The position numbers and the translations under genes were made by a program. DNA of 64,000 nucleotides from Lama guanicoe (taxonomy: Eukaryota): NCBI GenBank assembly GCA_013239625.1, contig MU053365.1, positions 1 to 64,000 on the forward strand, written 5' to 3'. Shown here piece after piece: positions 53,408 to 64,000 of this stretch. The notes beneath the pieces are model-generated. The model did no database searches, was not told where the DNA came from, and was given only the letters and a program-made list of their open reading frames with translations. Position 1 is the first letter of the stretch. Each line of letters begins with the position of its first letter.

Positions 53408-53595
53408 GAAGTAGTTCTTAATCTTTTTGGACTCATGGGCCACTTTGGGAATCTGAAAGAACCTATGGTTTATTTCACATCCCCACGTGCTCATAAGCAC
53501 ATGTGCACACATTTATACATAGAATTTAACAGAATTGCTGGAACTCCTAAAGACTTATCCTATGAGAATATGAAGCGCAGGTTAAGAACTCCAAC
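53408..53595. mobile_element. hAT-Charlie-type MITE
   Basis: Inverted ends AGTTCTTAA ... TTAAGAACT. Confidence 0.5.
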
Positions 53596-54562
53596 TCTGC
53601 AGTCTGCTTCTCAGCCTCAAACTGTGTTACATTGCCAGAAGTGAGGATAGACTCATACTAACTGAAATACTAGACAGTAACATATAAAGGAAGAAGTCAG
53701 TGACTCTGTAACAGGACTACCCTCTTGCCAGAAGCCAGAATGTTTTTGGGCCTCCTTCTCAGTATCCAGAGAACTGGGAAGCAGAATCATAAAGCCAGAT
53801 ATTGCTTGGAGAGATGGGTAGTGCGGGGTGGTCTTTTTCACTCCAGCACCGAGGGACCTTGGTGATCTGTTCCTGTCCCAGAGCAAAGATCATTTCCTTA
53901 GTGACCCCAGATCCGGGATTTCTCTCCCTCGAATGGTGCTAGATATACATGACAACTTGTCTTTCTTTGAACTTGATTCTCCAGGCTGGTCAGTCCTCCT
54001 GATGAGCTCGTTCTTTCTTTAGATTGTACCTGTTCCCTGGAGCTTTGGAGCCATGTCTTTCTCCTCCAATCCTAGGGCACCCATAGCCTTAGCTTATAGC
54101 TCACAGGTATGGAGGGTTCACGAGAACAGGGGATGGATCGAATCCCTGGGGTTTGCTACCTTTAGCTGTCCTAGGAGCTTACAAGAAAGCCAGAAGGGGC
54201 TCCTGGAAATTTGATGTGGTTTGTGGCAGTCATGTTTGCACTGGCCCTGCGATAGAGTTGCACTTGAGACAGGAGAAGACAGCAGCTGTGCGTAGTCAAG
54301 GAGGCTGTGAGCCACCATTTTCCCCAAATGACTGATTCAGAGAGTATCTATGCACGTTTTAATGAAGTGTGTTTGTACTGAAGACCATATTTCGAGCCAC
54401 TTTGCCAAAACTCCATCTGTACGTTGTGCCCCCTTGGCTTCCATCTTTGAAGATCCAAGGTGGCCTGCAGAATGAAATCGTTACATGCCAACTTTGAGGG
54501 GTAGTTCCATGGCCTCTTGAAACACTGATGTTTGGGTATTCTCTGATATCCAAAAACATCTT

Positions 54563-54710
54563 CTTTTTTTAAATTATTATTTTTATTATTTTTGGAGGGA
54601 GAGGTAATTAGGTTTATTTATTTATTTTTTTAATGGAGGTACTGGGGATTGAACCCAGGACCTCGTGCATTCTAAGCATGTGCTCTACCACCGAGCTATA
54701 CCCTCCCCAC
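54563..54710 (-). mobile_element. tRNA-derived SINE, same family
   Basis: A and B boxes on the - strand; TSD AAAAACATCTT at 54552-54562 and 54713-54723. Confidence 0.88.
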
Positions 54711-55739
54711 CAAAAAACATCTTTATTGACTCAGGTTACATACCTAAGATGGTAAAAGAAAACCTTCCGAAGTAAACAGGAAGACTCGGTTGGCCTTTCT
54801 GGAACCCTAGTGGGGCAAGGTTGTTCTGGCCCGCCAAGGCCGCTGGGGGAATTGGTGTAGCAGCCACGCCTGAGAAGGGAACCCCCAGCCTCGGCTTTTA
54901 GTTACCAGTAGACGAGCTGGACATCTGGAAAGATGAACAGTATCTTCCAACAGTTATCACCTCCCTGTCAAAAGTTTGACAGTTGAGCTGAGGCCTAATA
55001 TCTCAAACAATAAGGGCAAAATGTTGCAAACTAACGACTGGTCCTGGAGAGAAAGGGCTGTCCGTGGCACCGAGCGCTCGGCCCCGGGGCACTGCCTTGC
55101 ATTTTCATTCTTTCGACTAGCCTTACACCTCGTAAATCTGTCAGTCATTTCAAATAAAATTTCTATTTGTGTTGGGCAAGCCATTGCCAGCATTTTATGA
55201 GAACTCTCTGGCAAACTGGTGAGACAATGAAGACTGTATTCCATGTTGAAATAAGGAGAGAAAGGGAGTTTTTATCTTCACTGATCATTTCTTTGCTACC
55301 TCTAATTCTGCACACCTATTAAAAAGCTAGTGTCACATTTCCTTCAGTTTGGAGAATTTAAGTTGAATCTTCTCATTTGGGTTGCCATCTGGTGTGCTAC
55401 TAACAGTCTCAGAGAGTAAGAGGCCATCTGTTAATACTTTTTCCAGGAAGCTTTTTATAGAGCAGTGAAGTGGCAACTCTCAAAAACACATTGTAATGAC
55501 TTACAAGATCTTGGGTTTCTGGACAAGTTGAGGCCGATATTTTATTTCTACCAACAGTATTTTCTTCCATTCAGGAGAGACAGAGGAATCAATCAGTATG
55601 GCATATTTGCATGCAAAAATTGCTTATCTCTGAAATGTGGGGAGCCATCAGATGAACAAGTTCTTGGTCTTAGGGTATTTCAAATGGAAGATGGTAAATA
55701 TCTACTGAGAAGTAATAAGGAGGATGATGATGTTGATAG

Positions 55740-55985
55740 TCACTTACTGAGCACTCACCGTCTTCTGCCCACTGTGCCAAGTGCTTTATACCCATTGTCT
55801 TATTCTCTCCTTACAATATAACCCTGAGAAAGAGCTGCCGTTACTGTGCAATTTACGGATGGAAAACACTTGGTGCTCATAGAGGTTAATGACTAGCCCG
55901 TGGCACAGAAGAACTAGTCATAGCCAGGACTAGAACACGGTTTTCTTGTTTTATTTTTCAGACTCCAAAGCCTGTGCTATTAATT
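55740..55985 (-). mobile_element. MIR
   Basis: TTACTGAGCACT..ACTGTGCCAAGTGCTTTA..TTTACGGATG..AGACTCCAAAGCCTGTGCT. Confidence 0.6.
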
Positions 55986-57119
55986 ATGAGCTATTCTTTC
56001 TCACTGTCCTATGAAAGTTAGAACAATATCATTTTTGTAATCAGCTGGATACCAGCAACTTAACTTTCTATTACTAGAAATAAAGGTTTAAATAAATTTG
56101 ATCCAGCACATCTGATGGTTTGGATTAATAAGAGTATGGGTCAGCGTGGGTCAGGTTTTGATGTAGTTACAATTAACCCCCAAACCTCAGTGGCTTAGCA
56201 GAAAAACATATTTATTGCCCAGGCTGCTTGCCTGACAGCTCATAGGAATTCTGCTCATTATGATTACTCACACTGCTGGAGCCTCCATCCCTGTACAGGC
56301 TTTGATGATCACAATGGCACTGGTTCCTTCTCACTTCCTTGCACATTTCGTCGGCTGAAGCAAGGAATTGCTCAACCCAAATTGGAAGATACAAGCTAAA
56401 TTCTCCAAAGGTGTTGAGGAATTTCAAATCCTACTACATGTGTGCCCAGAAGGAGGATTTCTGACCCTCTGTTCACTGAGCATTTCTCAATTTGAGATTA
56501 CAGTAAATGGTCCTAAAGGATACCTTTGCATTGGCTGGACTACAGTGTATTTCCATTTTTTTTCTAATGTCATTCATTGTACTTTACAGAACACACCTTG
56601 TCTGAACCAACCTCCTTTCTCTTTTGCATCTCCATCCTATGAGCATCAGAGGATATCTCTATACATAAATCATCCCAGTATCTTTTTCATCCAATTGGAA
56701 TTTACTTCAAAGATGAGTTCAAGTCATATAATTTAATTTTTTGTTAATATCCCAGTATTTCAATTTCAACTATGTTTAGAAAGATTTGCTCTTAGAAGTT
56801 TTCCTGTATATTCAAAATAGACTTTCTTTTTGCATTTGAGATAAGCCAATCGTGGAGATATCAATGTTGTGACAAAATTTAAAAGATGACTTGAATAGCA
56901 GTTTGGACAAGGCTATTGCTCAGGTGTCCTTTCATGTTCATTGGGCCACAGGGGTGTGGTGTACACAGGGATAATTTTTAGGCAAGTCAGTGCATCCTTG
57001 TTAGACAGTATGACTTTTGGAGGATTATCAAAGTAAACAATAATACTTACACATCTATTTTATTTTATTTTTGTTATGTTTTTCTTTTACATTTACTGTT
57101 TATGTCTTTAAAAAAACAC

Positions 57120-59260
57120 TTTATTGGGGTCTGACTGACATACAAAAATCTGTATATATTTAATATAAACAACTTGATGAGCTTGGAGACAAGTATACAC
57201 CCATGAAACCATCACCACAATCTATGTTATAAACATCCATTACCTCCAAAAGTTTTCTACCACCATCTTTATTATTTTTTTATGATAAGAACACTTAACA
57301 AAATATCTTTTTATCAGATTTTAAAGTGTACAATACAGTACTACTAGCCTCTGGAATTGTGAGAAATAAATGTTTATTGTATAAGCCATCCAGTTTATGG
57401 TACTTTGTCATAGCATCCCAAACTGATTAAGATAACCATTTTCTTTATCTATTCATCTGATAATGGACATTTAGGTTGCTTCCATGTCTTCGCTATTGTA
57501 AATAATGCTGCTGTGAACATGGGAGTACAGATATCTCTTTGAGATCCTGATTTCAATTCCTTTGAATATATACCTAGAAGCGGGATAGCTGGATCATATG
57601 GCAGCTCTATTTAATTTATTGAGGAACCTCCAAACTGATTTTCTATAGTTGCCGCACCAAATTACATTCCCTCCAACAGTATGCAAAAGTTCCCTTTTTT
57701 CCATATCCTTGAAAACACTTGCTATCTTTTTTTTTTTTTGATAATAGCCATCCTAACGGGTGTATGGTAGTGTTATGGTTTTGATGTCTTCTTTGGGAAA
57801 ATGTCTATTTAAGTCCTTTGCCGAGTTTTTAATTAAATTATTTGTGGGGTTTTTCTCTATTGAATTTTAAGAGTCCCTTATATATTTTGGATATTAACTC
57901 TTTATCAGATACATGGTTTGCAAATATTTTCTCCCATTCTGTAGGTTGTCTTTTCATTTTATTGATTATTTCCTTGTGCTATGCAAAGGTTTTTAGTTTG
58001 ATTTAATCCTATTTGTTTATTTTTGCTTTTGTCTCATGGGCTTTTGGTGTCACGTCCAAGAAATCATTGCGGAGACCCTTAAATTGCGAGCTCAGGATTT
58101 GTACATACTAACTACTATATATAAAATGATAAACAATAAGTTTATACTGTGTAGCATAGGGAACTATATTCAATACCTTGTAATGACCTACAAGGAAAAA
58201 GAAAGTGAAAAGGAACATATATATATGTATAAATGAATCACTATGCTGTACACCAGAAATTAACACTTTTTTAATTCTTTTTTTTTTATTGACATGTAGT
58301 TGATTTACAATGTTAGTTTCAGGTGCACAGCAAAGCAATTCAATTATATATATACATATATATTTGCGGATTCTTTTCTATTATAGCTCATTACAAGAAA
58401 TTGAATGTAGTTCCCTGTCCTATACAGTAGGTCCTTATTGTTTATCTATTTTATATAAAGTAATGTGTATTGGTTAATCCCAAACTCCTAATCTATCTCT
58501 TCCCCCACCCTTTCCCCCCTGGTAACCACAGTTTGTTTTGTATGTCCGTTAACACAACATTTTAAATCAACTATACTTCAATTAAAAAAAGAAGCTCTTT
58601 CCTTATGTTTTCTTCTAAGAATTTTACAGTTTAACGTTTTACATTTAAGTCTTTAATCCTTTTTCGGTTTACTTCTGCATATGGTACAAGACAAGGATCT
58701 AATTTCATTCTTTGGCATGTAGATATCCAGATTTCCCAACATCATTTATTAAAGACACTCTCCTTTCCCCATTGTGTATTCTTGGCACCCTGAGGAAGAT
58801 CAGCTGACTATGTGTGGGTTATTTCTAGGCTCTTTATTCTGTTCCATTGGTTTATATATCTGTTTCTATGCCAGTATCATACTGTTTTGATTACTGTAGC
58901 TTGTAATATATAATGAAATCAAGAAGTGTGATGCCTCCAGCTTTGTTCTTCTTGCTCAGCATTGTTTTGGCTCTGTGGAGTCTTTTGTAGTTCCACATGA
59001 ATTTTAGGATTGTTTTTTCTATCTCTGTAAAAAACTGCCATTGGGATTTTGATAGGGATTGCGTTGAATCTGTATATTGCTCTGGGTTGTATGGACATAC
59101 GGATATTTTAACAATATTGATTCTGCTAACCCATGAACATGAGATATCTTTCCATTTATTTGTGTCTGCTTTAATTTCTGTCATCAGTATTTTAGAGTTT
59201 TCAGTGTACAAGCCTTTCAGCTTCTTGGTTAAGTGTACGTCTAAGCATTTTATTCTTTTT
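57120..59260 (-). mobile_element. L1MA-like element with nested MaLR fragment (~57345-57432) and nested younger L1 ends (58085-58590)
   Basis: ORF 58891..59286 is an L1 ORF2 remnant ([33 protein letters not shown]). Confidence 0.85.
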
Positions 59261-60533
59261 TGATTAAAAAAGTAATACATGTTCATTGCTGAAATTTAGG
59301 AAAATAAATCAAAAGTTATAACAAGGAAAATCATTAAATAATTACCTATTAAAATAATAATCACTTTTAACATTTGGAAAACAACTTTTAGTTCTTTTTG
59401 TATGCTCTTTACCCCGTGTCCACCCTCCTAACAAATCAGTCCCCTTTATGTGCTGTGGTAGTAACCTGTAATATTTCTTCAAGGCACTTACTGAAATCCA
59501 CACTTACATATTTACTTGTGTATTTATACGTTGACTACATCTGCTGCACCAGAGTGTAAATGCCACAGGTCAGGCTGTGGTCTTGTTCATGACCAGGTAT
59601 CCCTGGAACCTACTAGAGTGCTTGCTGTATAATCAGTACCTGAAAAGTACTTATTGATAATGAATTTTTATCCACATTTTTAATAATATTAAATAATACA
59701 ATTAAATTTTATTGAAATATCACAGTATTTCAATTTCAATTATGTTTTAAAAGTTTTTACTCTTAGTGGGTTCTCTATATGTTAAAAAAATAGACTTTCT
59801 TGTTATATTTGAAGTAAGCCAAATGGTGGAGGTATTTATGTATTTAAAATATATATATTTAAATTGATATTATACTTTAATACTATTTTATAACATGTTT
59901 TTATTACTTAACCCTATGTTGTATTTTACTTAACAATATGTTGTATTTCAAAAGTATTTTTCTTATAATTTGACATTTTGTCAGATAGTTTTTGATGTAT
60001 ACTACTTTATCTTATAGATAAATGAACCAGGATTTATTTAACCATTTCCTTATTGTTGCCTATTTATACTGTTCTCAATATTTTACTCCTGTGACTCCTG
60101 TTGTCCATTTTTCCACTTTACAAAAATTGAAGTACAGTTTATTTACAGTCTTGTGTTAGTTTCAGGGTACAGCACAGTGATTCAGTATTTCACAGAGTAT
60201 ATTCTATTACAGGTCATTAGTTGCTTATCTGTTTTATATTCAGTTGTGTGTATCTCTCCCATACCCCTAATTTGTCCCTCCCCTCTTCCCTCTCCCCTCT
60301 GGTAACCGTAAGTTTGTTTTCTATGTCTGTGAGTCCATTTCTGTTTTGTATGTACATTTATTTGTTTTATATTTTGGATTCCACATATACGTGACATCAT
60401 AGAGTATTTGTCTTTCTCTGTCTGGCTTATTTGACTAAACATAATATTTTCTAGGTCCATTCATGTTGTTGCAAATGACAGTACTTCATTCTTTTTTATG
60501 GCTGAGTAACATTCCATTACATATATATATATA

Positions 60534-60755
60534 NNNNNNNNNNNNNNNNNNNNNNNNNNNNNNNNNNNNNNNNNNNNNNNNNNNNNNNNNNNNNNNNNNN
60601 NNNNNNNNNNNNNNNNNNNNNNNNNNNNNNNNNNNNNNNNNNNNNNNNNNNNNNNNNNNNNNNNNNNNNNNNNNNNNNNNNNNNNNNNNNNNNNNNNNNN
60701 NNNNNNNNNNNNNNNNNNNNNNNNNNNNNNNNNNNNNNNNNNNNNNNNNNNNNNN
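60534..60755. other. Assembly gap (222 N) within a (TA)n tract
   Basis: Run of N flanked by AT dinucleotide repeats. Confidence 0.99.
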
Positions 60756-60785
60756 ATATATATATATATATGTTTATGTGAAGTG

Positions 60786-60817
<32 letters not shown>

Positions 60818-61921
60818 TACTACATTTTCTTAATCCAGCTGTCTGTTGATGGGCACTTGGGTTGCTTTCATGTTTGGGCTATTGTAAATAGTGCTGCTAT
60901 GAACATTGGGGTGCATGCACCTTTTTAAACTAGTGTTTTCATTTTTTGTGGATATATACCCAAGTGTGGAATTGCTGGCTAATATAGTAGTTCTATTTTT
61001 AGCTTTTTAAGAACCCTCCATACTGTTTTCCACAGTGGCTGCACAATTTATATTCCCACCAACAGTGTACCAGGTTTCCCTTTTCTCCACATTCTTGCCA
61101 ATGTTTGCTATTTGTAAACTTTTTGAAAATAGTCATTCTGACCAGTTTGAGGTGATAACTCATGGTGGGTTTAATAGGCATTTCTCTAATAATAGTGGTG
61201 TTGAGCATTTTTTCATGTGCCTATTGGCCATTTGTATGTCTTCATTGGAGAATTGCTTGTTTAGGTCTTCTGTCCACTTTTGGATTGAATTGTTTGTTTT
61301 TTTGGTATTGAGTTGTATGAGCTGTTAGTATACTTTGAGTATTTACCCCTTGCCGACATATCATTTGCAAATATTTTCTCCCATTCTGTAGGTTGTCTTT
61401 TTGTTTTGTTGATGGTTTCCTTTGCTATGCAAAAGCTTTTAAGATATTTTCCTATTTAGCCATCCTCATATTGCTGTTTTTTTGAATTCAAGTATAGTTG
61501 CTGTACAATATTATGTAAGTTACAGGTGTACAATATAGTGATTCACAATTTTTAAAGGTTGTACTTCATTTATAGTTATTATAAAATATTGGCTATATTC
61601 CCTGTGTTGTACAATATATCCTTGTAGCTTATTATACACCTGATAGTTTGTACCTCTTATTCCCCTCCACCTCTATTGCCCTCCCCCTTTCCCTCACCCC
61701 ATGATAACCACTAGTTTCTTCTCTATATCAGTAAATCAGCTTCTTTTTTGTTATATTAATTCATTTGTTAGTTTTTTTAGAGTCCACATACATGTAATAT
61801 CATGCAGTATTTGTCTTTCTCTGTCTGACTTATTTCACTTAGCATAATGCTTTCTAAATCATCCATATTGCTGCAAATGGCAAAATTTTATTCTTTTTTA
61901 TGGCTGAGTAGTATTCCATTG

Positions 61922-61975
61922 TATATATGTGTGTGTGTGTGTATATATATATACACATGTATATATACATATATA

Positions 61976-62043
<68 letters not shown>
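61922..62043. repeat. Compound microsatellite (TG)n/(TA)n/(CT)n/(AT)n inside L1
   Basis: Directly visible. Confidence 0.92.
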
Positions 62044-62045
<2 letters not shown>

Positions 62046-63555
62046 AGTTCTTCTTTTTCCATTCATTTGTTGATGGACACTTAGATTGTTTCCATATCTT
62101 GGCAATTGTAAATAATGCTGCTATGAACATTAGGATGCATGTATCTTTTCAAATTAGTGTTTTTTTTTTCAGATATATACTCAGTGGAATTGTTGGGTCA
62201 TAGCGTAGTCCTAGTTTTAGTTTTTTGAGAAACCTCCATACTGTTTTCCACAGTGGCTACACCAAATTACATTCCCACCAACAGTGTACAAGGGTTCCCC
62301 TTTCTCCACATCCTTGCCAACATTTGTTATTTGTGTTAAAAGCTTTTAAGTTTAATTAGGTCCTGTTTGTTTATTTTTGCTTTTGTTTCTTTTTCTTGGG
62401 AGACAGATCCAAGAAAAGATTGCTACAATTTATGTCAAAGAGTGTTCTGCCTATGTTCTCTTCTAGGAGTTTTATGGTTTCAGATGCTATATTTAGGTCT
62501 TTAATCCACTTTGAGTTTATTTTTGTATATGGTATGGGGAAATCTTCTAATCTCATTGTTTTATAGGTAGCTGTCCAGTTTTCCCAGCATTACTTATTGA
62601 AGAGGCTTTCTCCATTTTATATTCTTCCCTCTTTTGTCATAGCGCAAGTAGCTGTAGGTTCATGGGTTTATTTCTGGGCTCTCTAATCTGTTCCATTGAT
62701 CTGTGTGTCTGTTTTTGTGCCAGATACCATGCTGCTTTGATTACTGTAGCTTTGTAGTAAAATTTGAAGTCTGGGAGGGTTATGCTTCCAGCTTTGTTTT
62801 TTCTCAGGATTGCTTTGGCAATTCAGGGTCTTTTGTGGTTCCATATAAATTTTAGAATTATTCATTCTAGTTCCATGATAAATGTCATCAGTATTTTTAT
62901 AGAGATTGTATTCAATCTGTAGATTTCTTTGAGTAGTATGGCCATTTTAATAATATTGATTCTTCCAATCCAAGAGTGCAGGATATCTTTCCATTTCTTT
63001 GAATCATCTTCAATTTCTTTCATCAATGTTTTATAGTTTTCAGTGTAAAAGTCTTTTGCCTCCTTGGTTAAGTTTATGCCTAGATATTTTACTTTATTTT
63101 TTGATGCAATTTTAAGTGGGATTGTTTGTTACTTTCTCTTTCTGATATTTCATTATTAGTGTATAGAAACACAACAGATTTCTGTATATTACCATTGTGT
63201 CCTGCAACCTTTGCTGAATATATTTATTAGTTCTAGTAGTTTTTGGGTGGAGACTTTAGGGTTCTCGATTTTTTTTCTGTTGGAGTCTCTTTTCTGCTTA
63301 TTTGTAGGGGCTCTTTACATCTTAAGGGTAGTGACCCTTGTTTGTCACATGTATTACATTTTTTCCAAATTTGTTATTTCTCTTTTATTCTTATTTATGG
63401 TCTCTTTGAAGTAAATAAATTTAATGCTTTTATGAAGTCAAAACTAGCAGTCTTTTCCTTTATAGCTTCTACCTACTTATGCCTAAAGAATTATTCCTTC
63501 CTCTGAGATTAAATATTCACATTTAACTATTTATTTCATAGGGTATTTATAATGG

Positions 63556-64000
63556 TGTAGAGAAGGAAAAAATTTTTCCTCTGCCCTTCCAGGTTCTTGG
63601 CTGAGACCCTCCTGTAATAAAAAACAGATTAACAGGAGAAAAACAAACGATTTTAATTACATGTGCACATATGTATGTACAAAAGCCCCACAAAGATATG
63701 AGCCTCAAAAAGGCAGCCAGGCAACTGAGGCTTATATACCACCCTACGTTAAGGAAAGGGACAGGGGTCTGGGGCTTCAAAGGGGTAGAAGGCTACTCAC
63801 AGGAAGGTGAGAAGAGGAAATATATGGTAAACAGAATTTGCCCTGTCATGTAGGTAAGTCTTTCAGATGAAAAAAATGATCTCTAGTAATAGCTCTTCCT
63901 GGTTCAGGCCCCTTTCTAATATGAATGTCTCTTACAAAAGGGTAACTTCCACTGTTTTCAGAGTTTCTCCTGTGTCTGCAGTGTCTCAAAATAATCCTTA
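63556..64000 (-). mobile_element. Probable ERV LTR running off the window edge
   Basis: TG start, then GGAAAAAATTTTTCCTCT..AAACAGATTAACAGGAGAAAAAC, resembling ungulate ERV1-type LTRs from memory. Confidence 0.5.

Larger units (their letters stand above)
60120..63270 (-). mobile_element. L1 element interrupted by a second L1 (61444-62337)
   Basis: ORF2 remnants ([40 protein letters not shown]) and two L1 3' UTRs. Confidence 0.88.

Noticed and set aside
60461..60849. ORFs containing X runs
   Set aside because: Artefacts of the N gap and the (TA)n repeat

Overview
Mammalian genomic DNA, not prokaryotic. The tRNA-derived SINE copies resemble the camelid family (alpaca/llama/camel), an inference from the repeats only. 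The window holds one complete protein-coding gene: IDS (iduronate 2-sulfatase, X-linked in placental mammals) on the + strand. Its 9 coding exons run 15056..33082, every intron is GT-AG, and the spliced CDS is 1647 nt (548 aa) with the sulfatase CAPSR motif. It has a CpG-island/GC-box promoter and a probable ~3.7 kb 3' UTR. The rest is intronic or intergenic and rich in L1, MaLR/ERVL LTR, MIR/L2, hAT MITE and SINE remnants, with a 222-N assembly gap. Repeat family names come from recalled consensus features, not database searches, and their boundaries are approximate. I found no convincing new gene system. The best leads are regulatory or mutational: an inverted SINE pair in the 3' UTR split by a poly(A) signal, a retained but frameshifted acceptor matching the human short IDS isoform, an overlapping uORF, a PBX-HOX/MEIS motif cluster, an orphan CpG island near a CTCF site, a 40-bp templated insertion, and nested L1 insertions.
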